Assembly: GCF_963921235.1 (NCBI RefSeq)
Contig: NC_086108.1
Coordinates: forward strand, 39,806,001-39,870,000
Direction of reading: 5' to 3'
Origin: Mobula hypostoma
Lineage: Eukaryota
DNA length: 64,000 bases
Below are positions 49,413 to 63,213 of the stretch, one piece after another; position 1 is the stretch's first letter, and each line of letters begins with the position of its first letter. Below the pieces are notes generated by a model. That model was not told the origin of the DNA. It saw nothing but the letters and a program-made list of their open reading frames with translations, and searched no databases. Position numbers and translations under genes: made by a program.

Positions 49413-51714
49413 AATATATTTGGTGGAAACAAATCTTTGGAGGCAAATAAACCTTTGCAGAAGAATGAACCAAAGACTTCACAGACTTTTTAAAAATAAG
49501 GTGGTTTTTAACAAATGCATATTGATTGGTATGTTTAGTAATTGCTGGGAATAGTATTCACATGATGTTCCACACAAAAAAGAATTATCAAATATAAACA
49601 TTTGTCATAATACAGTTGAAATACTAGCAATTCAAGATGGAAATTGTTATGAGATTGCTGGTCAATGCGCAGTCTGAAATGAAATTCTGTACCTCTAATG
49701 TTGAGTGGTAGCACCACTGAAATTTCTTAAAAGAAATATTGATCAAGCTTTGGATGAATGGGTATTTCAATACGCTATCTGCAATCTTTTGAGTACAATA
49801 AATTTAAAAGCACATTAATAATAATACATTGTTTTTTTTAAACTATTCATCCATTCAAATCACAGTTTGCACTGCTAATTGCTTATTTCCAAACTGGAGT
49901 TTTGGTTGATAAATTTGCATTGATTATATGTAACAAGTTATACGTGACCTGCTCATTTTACTTTGTACAGCTTTTGTTTATATGGCTTGAGGGATTTGAG
50001 CTGGTAAAGACGGTTTTAAGATCATTCTTTTTTTTCTTGGAGTTGCCTATGCTTTCTAGCATTCCCCCATCATAATTGCCTTCACTGAAGAGAGGGCTAT
50101 TTTTAGTTCCTAACATGAGAACAGCAGCAACATGCTAAAATAAATCTGCTGACCTGCAGTGCATCTGTGGATTCCTTGTATCTCATGGCTCTAGAGAGAG
50201 GAGAGGACCAGTAGTTGAAAAACATAATGAGTGGTTATCGGACAGAATATGGAAAAAATGGATATTAAGCTCTAACCATATTTGAGTTGCACGGAAACGT
50301 ATATCCCTTAGCCAAAAACTCAACACATTTTAGTAATTTTACATCACCCAGAAATTTTGAATGGGTGTATGTTTTGTTAATCATTATGTTATTCATATTT
50401 CTCCACGTTTGAGCAGTTGCATTGGAAAAATAATGTAAGACATATTCTGAATTGACACTTATAATGCTCAAGAGGCAACCAATGGTGAGATTTTGCCAAT
50501 CTGTTTATTGCAGAGAAAATATGTACCTCTTCATCTAAAAAACCAGTAACTTTATAGACCCAGCTTAACAATTGATTTTAATAAATAGGATATTTCCAGA
50601 GAATAAATTACCACACATGGATTGAATATTGTCTTGTCTAAGAAATCACATTTTTGTGACTTCTGGAATTCAACTATTTGCAGGTGTCATAACATTTTGA
50701 CAACCCAAGTTAATGCTATTTAGAATTACTTAACCTTTGCTAAATTATTCATTGCTTGAGGCTGACCATTTAATAATCAGTTAATATCTTAACTGGCATT
50801 TGGTATTACTGAATTGGGACTTGGCAAGTGCCATGTGATTTGAAATACAGAATGATACTTCAAATGAGACATAAAATCTTCACAAAATAAAGCAATATGA
50901 TATCTGACTCTCCATCTACAGACTATAAGACAAGTAATTTGGCTTCCTTAATTGCAGAATGACGAATGGTTTGAGTCTTTAAAATTCCAACTTACTTTTC
51001 ATAACTAATCTATGTGCTTAAGTTTTTTGAAGAAATTTCAACAGAAATTCATATTGTTGCTTTATCTTAATGCACCTGCTAAAAGGTACAAATATAGTTT
51101 TGAACATATTACAATATTTCATTATGATATTTCTGAGGAGGCATTGAAGTGTAAAGAATCTTTATTTCCAAAATAGTGTATGTTGATTGCATAAGGTCAC
51201 TTGCTGAGATATAATGGTTTGCAGGAAGATTTTTAGTTTGTCGTAGAGTGCATTACAAGGTTGCAATGCACTTTAGGCGTTCTGATAATTTCCTAAACTG
51301 AGAGACTGCAGCTCAAGCAGTTTAGAGTTTCAGCATCCCCCTATGATTATGTTACAGCCTGCAAAGCTGGCACATCATTTTTATGCTGTGTTTACTGTTG
51401 TTGATTTTTTAAAATTGACTCCCCAGGAGTTTACTTGCAGCTCTTGAGTGAGATGAAAGGCTTCTTCAGTCTTTTGTTTCTTACTGTAAGTAAAAAAAAG
51501 CGCGGCAGGTGTATCTGACCATTGGAACAGGGATATAAAACTTGATATTTTATGGTAAAGAACATTGAAATGATGGTTGAGGTATGTTTTTATGAATTTA
51601 CAGTTTTGCCTGTGACAGAAGCAATGTGCCATAGAGATAATCTAGGAGAAATAGGTACTCTAGTTATTGATGAGCTAAGATAATTTTGGATGAAACCAAA
51701 GAACTAAATATAGA

Positions 51715-52480
51715 CTACAGGAGGAAAAAGCTAGAGGTCTACAAATCTCCTCATTGGGGAAACAAAGGTGAAAAGGGTCAGTAGCTTTAACTTCCGTAGC
51801 ATTAACATATCAGAGGAGCTGACATGCAACTAGCAAACAAGGTCATCACAAAGAAGACAAGATGATGTCTCTACTTCCTTAGAAGTTTGCATAGATTAGG
51901 CATGTCACCAAAATACTTGACAAAACTTCTCTTTATGCACAGTGGAGAGTATCCAAACTGATCTCATGGCCTGGTATGGAAACACCAATGCCCAGGAACA
52001 TGAAGTGGTGGATACAGCCCAGTCCATCATAGGCAAAGTCTTCGCCACTACTGAGTACAGTACATTTACATGGAGTGCTGCCACAAAAAAACAGCATCTA
52101 TCATCATAGACCCCTATCAACCAGGCCATGACTTCTTGCTACCACCATCTGGCAGGAGGTACAGAAACCTTCGGTCCCACATCACCAGGTTCAAAAACTG
52201 TTAGTACCCTGCAACCATCAAGATAACTATTCATCACTATCCTGAATTGATTCCATGGCCTACAGCCTCACTTTCTAGGACTCTACAACTCATGATCACT
52301 GTATTGTTTTTATTTGTGCAGATTGTTTTCTTTTGCACATTGGCTGTCAGTCTTTGTTTATGTATAGTTTATATTTGTAAAACTCTATTTTTCCTATAAA
52401 TGCCCGCAAGAAAATGAAACTCAAGGTAGTATTAGGCAACAATTATGTATTTTGGTAATAGATTTATTTAGAATTTTGAA
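51715..52480 (+). mobile_element. Rex1/Babar-type LINE 3' fragment
   Basis: VKRVSSF, CTVESI, PSGRRYRN remnants. Confidence 0.8.
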
Positions 52481-52565
52481 TTACTGAATCAAAACTTTAC
52501 TGTCATGTTTCTATTGCTTTGAATTTGTAGCTTTCTCTTGATATTGCCTTACACGTACTAGATAG

Positions 52566-52830
52566 TTTAATTTAATTTATTTATTGAGATACAGTGCAGA
52601 ATAGGCCCTTCCGGCTCTTCGAGTCCCGTCATCCACCAATTCCCCGATTTACATGGGACGATTTACCATGACCGATTAACCTACCAACTGATATGTCTTT
52701 AGACTGTGGGAGGAAACCAGAGCGCCTGGAGAACAAGAACAATGTATACCTCCTTATAGGTAGCAGCAGGAATTGAACCCAGATCGCCTGTACTGTAAAA
52801 TGTTATGTTGACCACTGTACTAATGTACCA
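52566..52830 (-). mobile_element. HE1/V-SINE-like tRNA-derived SINE
   Basis: Minus-strand B-box-like GGGTTCAATTCC, GGTTTCCTCCCACAGTC core, (TAAAT)n tail. Confidence 0.75.
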
Positions 52831-53314
52831 TTTGTGTTATTGGACAAAGGATTGAAGTGTAATTAGAGTAACAATTATGATACTGTAACGCAGAAGGGGA
52901 AGAACTAGCAATCAATGTATTGATACTTACAAGATTTCAAAAAATATATTTAACTTTGATTTGAACTTAAGTAATGAATTCAAAAATATTTCTCATATTA
53001 TTAATTCTCCTGTAATATTGCCTGTTGAATTCTGTAAAATAAATTTTAAAAATACAAAATTCTTTTAAAGAAATCTGCTATCTAAGCATGAGTTGCTAAA
53101 TTAGATTTGAGTTTCTGTTTTATTGTTTGGACAGTGATGTTTATATTAATGTGAAATGAGGACGGTTTTAGAGTGGTGTTCCAGTGACCTGAATGATAGT
53201 CATTGGAAAACATTTGGAATTTGGAACATGAAATAAGCAAATTGTATTGTGAATAAAAGTGACTCAGTGGTGGTTAGGAATGTACAGTTATGCGCTTCCT
53301 CATGTCAGCTTTCC

Positions 53315-53407
53315 ATGTCTAAATTGTATGACAGGACAAGGCAGCAGATGAGACAAGCTGTCGCTCAGCTACTCTGGCCTTTTGAAGAGAGGCCATGGGA
53401 GGAAAAG
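53315..53407 (+). CDS. Candidate alternative first coding exon of the NEK7-like gene (MSKLYDRTRQQMRQAVAQLLWPFEERPWEEK)
   Basis: ATG at 53315, 31 open codons, AAG|GTGCTG at 53407/8; phase 0, compatible with the exon at 60816. Lies in non-repetitive sequence. The donor is weak. Confidence 0.45.
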
Positions 53408-54554
53408 GTGCTGCAAATAGGCTGTGAAGTTTACATACACTGCCCACTGTTAAACAGATTACCTCTAATGAAGTGTCTAATGCTCAGCCTGTATCAGCCT
53501 AATCCTAGGTGGCAGTTTGTCCCTCAGCTGCCAAGAAACACCACCCTCTGGCCTTATATCACCAATGTCTTCACAGTGCACTGGGAGGTGCCCGGCTTTA
53601 ATAAACCAAGACAGTGTGTGATCTGACATGCAAATGTAGGTCATTGCATATGTAAATGTGTGATTACAGGCTTGCATGCCAGAACACATTAGTGAGACTT
53701 TGCTCTCAGCATGTGGTTGTCATAGTTCCTCAAAAGCTGATGCTAACATTTGTCAAGTTATCACATACGCCAATAAGACAAAAAATTGTGCTGTAGATTG
53801 GGTATATTTATTGAATGTAAAATACCCAAATTCTGAAATAACCAAAAATGTGTACTTAATGTTGTTTATAACATCAATAACATCATTGCTAACACTGTTA
53901 CTTATATGTTGTCAAATACTTCAAAATTTTGTTGATCAGTGGCAGATATAGCTCATGCACAATTAAAAAGTTGCATTATTTTTGTTTCTATTTGCTTTAT
54001 TTTTACCGATATGCTGATGGTATGAGTTGGTGTGGTCAATCATATACACAATATATTGCATGTACTTTATATAAAAGTGGATACATATGAATATCATTTT
54101 GCTTCCAGAAATCTATTTTAAATTGGAATGCTGCCTCTTGAATGTGTCCCTTTTGTTTCATAAGGAAAAGTTTAAAGGATCAAGCAATTGCTTCATACAT
54201 TTGTAACACTGTCTCTGAATGCATTCTCACAATAAGGCAAATAATGTTGGGTGCCCCAAAGCAATCAAGATGGGGCTTGGTTTATATAAAAAATGTATAA
54301 AATTAGTTTTTTCAAAACTTATTAATCTATTGGAAGATATTGTACAAGTCTGAATGACTGTACTATTCATGTAAAAAGGTTAAGTCCTTTTGAATTTAAT
54401 AAAGTCCAAGGACATTAGAAAAAATAATCAATATCAATCAAGAAGATATAGCTTTAGTTATTGGAGATGGTTTATTTTTAGTGTGCCATCAAGTGAATGA
54501 TGGAACACAGAAATGATTTTATTTCCATCACGCACCAATTTAAGTGTTACAGAT

Positions 54555-57500
54555 AGAATGTAGAATATTGAACAGTAAGTACAGCAGGGTCCTTTGGCCC
54601 ATAATGTTGTGTCAAACCAATTAAAATGGTAATCAATTGGCTAACTAAAGTAATTTCTTCAGCCTCCACAATGTCCATATCCCTCCATATTCCTCACATT
54701 CATGTGCATGTATAAATGTCTCTTACAAGTTCCTATTATATCTGTCTCTAGCACCACCCCAGGCAGTTCATTTCAGGCACTCGCCACTCTGTATAGTTTA
54801 AAAATACTTCCCCTCACATCTTCTTTAAAATTACCCTGTCTTACCTTAAATGCATGTCTTCTGGTATAACACATTTCAACCTTCAGGAAAAACATACTGT
54901 CTGTCTACTCTATCTATGATCTCATAATCCTATAAACCTCTATCAGATCTCCCCTCAGCCTCTGCTGCCCCAGAGAAAACAACCTAAGTTTGTCCAACCT
55001 TTCATTATAGCACATGCCCATCCAGGCAGCGCCCTGATAAAACTCTTCTGCACCCTATTGAAAGCTTCGACATCCTTTCTATAATGGGGTGACCAGACCT
55101 GAATGCAGTCCTTCAGGTGCGGCCTAACTAGAGTTTTATAAAGCTGCAACATAATTTTCTGACTCATTCCCTCGAATAATAAATGCTAGCATGCATCTGC
55201 AAACTTACTAATCCACCCATCTACATTTTCAACCAGATCATTTATAGACATCACAAACAGCATTGGTCCCAGTACAGATCCCTGTGGAACACCAGTTATC
55301 TCAGGCCACCAGTTAGAATAAACCCCATTTTGTCTTCAATGAGCAAACAATTTCTGCAATTTTGGAATCCAAATAGGCAATTCTTCTTAATCTTCTGGAT
55401 GAGCTTCCCTTGAGGGACCTTGTGAAATGCCATACTAAAATCCATGTAGACAATATCAACAGCTCTATCTTCATCAATCACCCTTGTCACCTCATCAAAA
55501 AACTCAAACCAATTTGGTAGGACATGAATTACCCTGCAAAAAGCTATGCTGACCCTCCCTTATTAGGCCGTGGTTTTCCAAATGCTCATAAATCTTATCC
55601 TAAAAATTCTTTCTAGTAACACCCCTACCACTGGCATGAGACTCATCAGTCTTTAGTTTCCAGGATCATCCCTGGTTCCCTTCTTGAACAATAGAACAAC
55701 TCTAGTTACTCGCCAGTCCTCCAGGACCTTGCCTGTGGCTAGAGAGGATATAAAGAAATTGGTCAAGGTCCCAACAATCCCTTCATTTCCCTCTCTCAAT
55801 AACCTGGGGTGTATCCCACCAGTTCTTGGAGCCTTAACCACCTTATTGCTCTTTGCGAGACCCAACACTACCACCTCCTTTCCTTCAAAATGCCCTAGTA
55901 TATTAATATTCTCGGCATTGACTTCCCTATCTTCCACATCCTTCTCCGAGGTAAATACTGATGTAAAGTACTTAGTAGGACATCATTCACATCCTCTGCA
56001 TTCAAGCAAATGTTCCCCCTTCATCCTTGCGTGGTCCCACCCTCTTCTTAGTTATCCTCTTTCTTCTGATCTATGTTCAGAATGTTTTAATCCTACTTGC
56101 CAAGGACTTTTCATGGCCCCTCCTGGCTTTCCTAGTTCTGTTATTCAGTTATTTTCTGGCTTCTTTATAATCCTTTGCTTGATTCTTGCTTCCTAAGCTT
56201 TACATATGTTTCCTTTTTCTTCTTGATTAAATTCATCACCTCTCTTGACATCTAAGGTTCTCTTACCTTGCCATCCTTGTACTTCCATTGGACTGGAACA
56301 TACCTGTCTTGTACTCTGTGCAGTTTGTCTTTCAAACCTCCACGTATCAGATGTAGATTTGCCAGAAAACAGCTGTTCCCAATTAACTCTCCCTAATTCC
56401 TGCCTAATGCTCTTATTTGTTCTGCTCCAATATAATACTTTCCTGCAATGTCCATACTTATCCTTATCTATAGCTATCTTAAAACTTAAGGAGCTGTTGT
56501 CACTGTTCCCTGACTGCTCACCCGCTGAAAGGTCAGCCATCTGGCCAGGCTCAATTCCCAACAGCAGATCCAGCACAGCCTCTCTTCCTGTTGGCCTATC
56601 TACATATTGATTTAAAAAACCCTCCTGGATGCACCTAACAAATTCTGTCTCATCTAATCAACTTGCATTAAGAAGGTGAAGACTCAAGACCAACAACCTT
56701 ACTTAATTTGCTTGCATATCTGTTCCTCAATGCTCTGGTGGCTGTTGAGGGGTCTGTACTACAATCCATCAGAGTGGTTGCACACTTCCGAATTTTGAGT
56801 TCTACCCAGATAGATTCAGTGGACAAGCCCTGCATTGTGTCCCTTTGAGTGCAGATGTGTTATTGTTCATAATGAGTAATTCAACTCCATCCTCACCCCG
56901 CCTCCTTCCCACCTCTCTTTCTCCCTCTCTATCTTTTCTAAAACATTGAAACCCAGGGACATTAAGCAGCCATTCCTGTTCCTCTCTCTCAACAAAGTCT
57001 CTGTAATGACTGTAACATCATAGTTCCATGTACTGATCCATACTGTAAGTTCATCACCTTTACCCGTAGTACTCCTAGCATTAAAATGCACACACTTTAA
57101 ACTATCCGTCCTGTCGTATTTATGACTTTGTGTCCTGCCTGTCTTTACTGGCCCTGGACATCTACCTTCCTCTGTATCCCTCCACTTTCTGACTTGGTGC
57201 TCTGGTTCTCATTGCCTTGACAAACTACAAACGTTTGCAGTTTTAACCCTCCAAAGTAGCACTTCCAAACCTCCCGGCCAAGAAATTTTTTCCCCTCCAG
57301 TTTAGGTGCAACCCATCTCTCTTGTACAAGTCACCCCTGCCCCAGAAGAGGTTCCAGGGTTCCAAGAAGCTGAAACCCATGCCTACTGCACCAATTCCTC
57401 AATCACTCATTCATCTCCACTATCATCCTATTCCTGCTCTGACTTGCATGTGGCACTGGGAATAATTCGGAGATTGGAAGTCTTGCTCTTCAGACTCTTT

Positions 57501-58200
57501 CCTAGCCTAGTTCCCTACACTCTCTACAAAGGACTCCCCCCCCCACCCCCCCACAATGTAGTTGGGGTCAATGTGCACTACGACCTCTGGCTGCTCACCC
57601 TTCACCTTGTGAATATTCTGCAGCCACTTTGAGACATCCTGGACCCCAGCACCTGGGAGGTGACACACCATCCTGGCATTTCTTGTTCGGCCATAGAATC
57701 TGCTGTTCATCCCCCTATCGAGTCTCCTGTCACTATTGTTCCACCTGACTTTACCTTTTTCTGCTGAGCCTCCGAGCTAGTCACAGTTTCAGTTGCCTGG
57801 CTGCTGCTGCTGTGTGCTGATAGGTCATTCTCTTCTTCCTCCCACCTCCCCCATTCAGTATTCAAAGTGGTATACTTATTGTTGAGGGGAATGACCACAG
57901 GGGAACCCTGCACTGACTGCTTATTCCCCTTACTTCTCCTGGTGGTCACCCATCTACTGACTGAAGCCTGCACTCTGGGTGTGACCACAGCAGTAAAATT
58001 TTAATTTGTGATGTTTTCAGCTTCCTGGATGGTCCTGAGTACATCATCTCAAGCTCCAGTTCCTTGAACTTGTCAGTTAGAAGCTGAAGTTGGGTACAGT
58101 TCTTGCAGATGACTGGAAGTTACCTTAAAATCCCACATCTCACAGGAGGAGCATCCATTGCCTTAACCATCCTGCCTACAAAGGCTAAGGATTTATAGAC
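54555..58200 (-). mobile_element. Near full-length degraded CR1 (ORF1 esterase, endonuclease, RT)
   Basis: ORF1 IVTGDSI, VCHLPGAGVQDV, PEVVVHI; endonuclease FNARS..ITET; RT VDIVYMDFS, LVRPHL..WSPHYRKD. Confidence 0.9.
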
Positions 58201-58954
58201 AATAAAAATTACTTACTTGTTCTTACCTGTGCCTTCTCTTTGAAAACTTTGATTTTTCCACACAGTTGAGTCACTTACTCAGCTTCCTCTTACCAAACTT
58301 GTTATGCCTTTTGCTCCAACTGTTCAATCCCAAGTTCCACAATCAAAAACACAAACTACTCGGCACCCTTAGCCTGTTGAGCCATAACCTGACCACTCTT
58401 AACACTGGCCCACTCACACAATAGCCGCTCTGATAAATACCTCCCTTTTTTCACTGGCTCAAATAAATACATCTTAAACAATGAGTTGGTAGTGAATCAC
58501 AACAGCAATCTTGGGATCAAGTTGCTGCTAATTTAAAAAAATTGAATTGAGAGAGAAGGAAAAAAATTATCATTTGCCTTAGAGGATAAAACACAAAATA
58601 AGGAGATTTCAACTATAGAAGTTCTGCAGTTGAAATGTAAGATTTATGGTGTTCTAATGTACAGTTTACAGTATTCTAATGTAATGTAAAAAAGTACAAA
58701 TTCAAAACCACTGTTAAAAATCTGTTGGTTCTGCATTATGGGATTGGTTCATTGAATTAGATATTTTGGTGTAGTGTTTGTAGCCACTTCAGACTATATA
58801 TATTCAGACTATATATATAATCATTCTAGACTGATCAATTGAATTTCATTTTATTTTCATTTTCATTTTTTATACTAGTTTGATGTTATATATATATATA
58901 TTAGAGAAACTCGACACACTTGTGTGTGTTCTGTTGGTGCATCAACTAAAGCAT

Positions 58955-59065
58955 GAAACGTCGACTGTACCTCTTCCTAGAGATGCTGCCTGGCCTGCTG
59001 CATTCACCAGCAACTTTGATGTGTGTTGCTTGAATTTCCAGCATCTGCAGAATTCCTGTTGTTTG
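58955..59065 (+). mobile_element. Penelope-like terminal fragment (3' half of the hammerhead only)
   Basis: GAAACGTCGACTGTACCTCTTCCTAGAGATGCTGCC is near-identical to the reverse complement of 39564-39626. Confidence 0.85.
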
Positions 59066-60815
59066 CATTTTTAAAACTGTAACATGGTTGCTTTTACAAA
59101 ATTTAAATTTTGGAAATTTGGGAAATGGGAACAGTGAGACATAGAACATATCTGTCGGTATCTGAAGCTTGGAAGATTTGTGTGTCAAATATCAACTTAT
59201 CAAATATCAATCTTTAAAGTAACCTATCCTTTTTTGGCATAAGCTTTGTATGTATATTGAATTTCTATTTGGTATTAAAAATTATATCCTTCAAAATGGT
59301 GGTTCAGAGTTTATTTATAATGTTCCGAGCAGTTTCTTGCATAGATTCAGGGAATTAAAGGATTGAAGAAATCAAGGGCAAGCTTCGGGGAAGGGATAGG
59401 AGGCAATGGTCCAATATTCAAAGGGGTTGGAAATGATTGGATCCAAGACCTGCTCAGAATGTGAAACAGTATGAGATTGGCATTGATTGAGGAAGGAAGG
59501 AAGGAAAGCAGACAGATCTCGTGGAAGGTTGAACTAGGAAATTGTGAAGAGTGCAATTTAAAATGTTATATTTAGATGAATGATCGTATTGTTTGGGAAT
59601 AAAACTTAATTTCCCAGAATACTTGCTAATTTAATTGTTATCTTGATTTAAAATGAAAATTAGCATTGCATCAACAAAAGGAGCAACATTCAATCATTCA
59701 ATTTTAGTAATAAAGTACCTATGGCATCTTCCTAGCCCCTGTTCTCCAAATTTGTATTATGTTCACTGGGGTGCAAAGACTGCTAGCGCTTGATGCATAG
59801 AACATGCAAAGTTAAGGCAAGTCCAATTTCTCAAGGAAAGCTGACAGACTTGTAAAGCTGACTAGTGAAAAAATCATTTTATTTCCTAAAAATCTATTAG
59901 TGGATTACCTGTGATGTTTCTGTTGGTTTGTGAGACCTATGTTGGGACCCTAGTATAGCTGAATAAACAATCCATACTGTGCCTGTGTGTAAAAGATTAA
60001 ATATTTGTCTCTTATGCCGGATACCATCGGTTGCATTTAATCAAAGACATTTGAGCTGTTTGGACTAATGACTTCACCTTTATGCCATAATTAAGTTAAG
60101 ATTTCAAAGTTATCTCAAAAGTATCATTCCACTTCCCTGACCGGGTAATGCTATTCTGCAGACTCGTAAGTCAGGTGTACTTTGAGTCCTAGCATAGGCC
60201 CTATTCAAATAGAAAGGGAGAACATGTAAAGGTGGAAGTAGTAGAGCACTTCCAATAATATATCTCAACTTTTTTAGCAGCAGGTGTGAGTGGTCAATAC
60301 AATTTCAAAGTGACAACTTCCAGAGTATGAAGCTGCAATGGTAGAAATCCAGAAGTCGTTTTCCATTATCTTACAAAACTCAAAAGCACTTGCAATAATT
60401 TTTACTAAAATATCTTGAAAATGCAGTGTTTTAAGATGTTAATGGCAGATGAAGCTAAAATAATTGATTAAAACTTAGTTTTCCTTGAAATTTAAAAGCA
60501 TACATCAAAATATCATTGTTATCTTTAATCCTATTGAAAATTTAGTGTTTTTTTTAACTCCAATCACTATATTTTGTCCATTCAAATGTTTCAAATTCAT
60601 TAAAAATTGTCTTTTATTCCTATTAATGATTGTCTGCTTAATGATATTATCAATACACGCCAGGGATTACTTTGAACTGATGCTGAACAAGACCAGATCT
60701 GAAAAACCTGGTTAAAGTATATATAGGGGCTTGAATGACATTTCCTTATTTTTATATTGAAGCAAAATTTCTGCTTTCTGCGGTGTTTATCTTCACGTAT
60801 GCTTCTTGTTCACAG

Positions 60816-60956
60816 AAACCTCTGCGTCCTGATTTGGGCCTCAATACACTGGGAAATTTCCAAATAGAGAAAAAGATTGGTCGTGGACAGTTTAGTGAAG
60901 TATATAGAGCATCATGCCTAATAGATGGAATGCCTGTAGCTCTGAAGAAAGTCCAG
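60816..60956 (+). CDS. NEK7: NEK7-like kinase exon (KPLRPDLGLNTLGNFQIEKKIGRGQFSEVYRASCLIDGMPVALKKVQ), kinase subdomains I-II
   Basis: 141 nt between ttgttcacag and GTATGC; Gly-rich loop IGRGQFSEV and VALKK lysine, as in NEK6/NEK7. Confidence 0.95.
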
Positions 60957-62539
60957 GTATGCACACTTGAAATGTAATTGTTCTTGAAGCTCAACAATCA
61001 TAATTATAGATGTATGAATTAGAAGTAAGGACATCTATTTTTTATATTCTGAGAAATTAGAGAGATATTTCAGTACAGTTGTTTTACCTTAAACGTGATA
61101 TCAAGTCATGGAGTGAAAGTTTTCAATGCCTCTGACAATGACTGCAATTTTCATTTTTGGAATCTGACTCTTACTGCCAATGTCTACACTGATTACACTT
61201 TGCTGTCTTCTCTTGAACTTGTGTTCTCTTGTTCCATTACCTCTTTGCTACTCTAACCAACTATGATGCTATACAGTATGTTTAGCTAATTAATATTTAG
61301 GATCAACATTGTTAATAATCACTTAAAAAAGAAACCCAGAGAACACTTTATGATCAAGGAAGTTTTCATAGCTAAAAGATTGATCAAAGAGCGTGCTGGT
61401 GTATATTGCTGAGGACTCTCATTGAATTGTGGATCATGTGTTGCAGTAAGAATTGATAGACAACAGTGATGACGTTGTTTTACTTGGTGTAAATCTTGCT
61501 GTCAGGTAGTGAGTATACTTCAAAATTATTGTCATGAAAGCATTTGGTACATTTTGCGGTCATTGAATTTACCAGACAAATCCTCCTTTCAGGCATCCCA
61601 TAAGTTACTTTTTGAAAACAAAACTAAAAGGCCTCTAACCTTATGTGCTACAAAAAAGTTTTTAACTTTCAGACTTCCATTATGCTTAATTACATTTGAG
61701 AAAAAAAAGGATTGATTTACAGTTGTTCCTTTTTCTCCATCTACCTTTGGAGAATTTTGATGAAGCCAATTCCCCAATTTGGTTCTTTGTAGAATATGAT
61801 GCCACATCTATTTATGGAAGAGATTAAACTTTTTTAAAACTTGGGTACTGTTTACATTTAAAAAAATGTTGGTCTTCGTATTCCAGCAAACATTTTTAGT
61901 GATGAGGTTTGATGAAGTTAGAAAAGGTATTACAGTTTTATTTTTGTCATTTATGTTGCTTTAACAAGAATGGCACTCCTGAAGTATGTGCCATTCATGT
62001 ACTTTGTTGCTGAGCTAACAACTTACTTAGGCATATCTGGGTATAAGGTAATGTCCATGGAAAAGATAAATCTATCTACTTTGTTTAAAGTAATGAGAAC
62101 AATTGAAACACTTCATGTTTTGGCTGAAATCTTGGGTAACTTCACAAATTCTTGAATTTAATGATTATGGTACCTTTTTTTTAACAAGTGATTGTTGGCT
62201 CTTAATATGTTTTTTGTATCTGTATTTTTGTGTGACATGAAGTTCAAGTACTCTGCTGAAATGAAGTTCCTCTCCAAGCCATTGATAAGTCTCAACTATT
62301 TTTGTGTGTATATTTTGTTCGGATAAATCAAAATCAGATTTTGATTGATATGTAATACTTGTTCAGATATTTCAGTTGTGCTTCCATCACATCTGTGCAT
62401 AATTTTGCTGTAGTGTTTTACTACAAGAGAAAATACAGATTTTCACCATGTAGAGAAAATAAAATGACCCTTGTTGAATTTAGTGCTTTTTTTGTGTATT
62501 GGGTGTGAAAAAGAAACCTAAAATTAATATTTTTTCCAG

Positions 62540-62602
62540 ATATTTGAAATGATGGATGCCAAAGCTCGTCAAGATTGCATAAAAGAAATAGATCTTCTGA
62601 AG
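62540..62602 (+). CDS. NEK7: NEK7-like kinase exon (IFEMMDAKARQDCIKEIDLLK), alphaC helix
   Basis: 63 nt between tttttccag and GTAAAA, phase 0/0, in frame with the previous exon. The gene continues beyond the window. Confidence 0.95.
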
Positions 62603-63213
62603 GTAAAAAGAACATCTTAGAAAAAAGTTAGAAAAGGGAAGAACTCATTTTAAGAATGTATGCTTAATGTTTGTTGGCCAGATTTTAGCTTTTTCGAAGA
62701 TGTAGCCAAAATGCTGGAGAAAATTCATGTTAACTTTTACTTTGGATTCCGTAAATCAGCAGCAAGAGCTTCTGGTTGGTTCCGTGTCCATTACTGTGCG
62801 CAGAAACCATGTCATAGAACTGAAAGCTTGAACCTTCTGTAGTTCCAACAATTTTTATTGTATGTAATGATCTGGTACTCCATGTTGCTCAGTGCAATTA
62901 ATCTTGACTACAGCTTTATGACTTTTATCAGTCGCAAATCAACTTTTGGGCTTGTATCAAACCAAAGCATTCATTTGCCTTGTTCATATGAATAATTCTA
63001 GCCATGAAAGGTGAGCTGTTGTCATTGAGGAAATCTCTGTCAAGAAACAATGATGTGAAATGGATGACTCACTATGTGTGGAGGACAGTTAAATAAAGAA
63101 GTATTATATCAATGCTTTTCAGAATTGGAGCATTCCTTCTTTGAAGTTCTATTTTGTAGCTATTTTCTTCTCATTACTGAATAATTTAAATATTTCAAAG
63201 GTTCATTTTGTTG

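Noticed and set aside
53249..53626. 125-aa ORF as a stand-alone gene
   Set aside because: Starts at GTG with no recognisable domain; only the 53315-53407 portion has exon-like support.
60735..60977. ORF-track 80-aa product as the true protein start
   Set aside because: The residues before KPLRPD are intronic read-through upstream of the acceptor at 60815.
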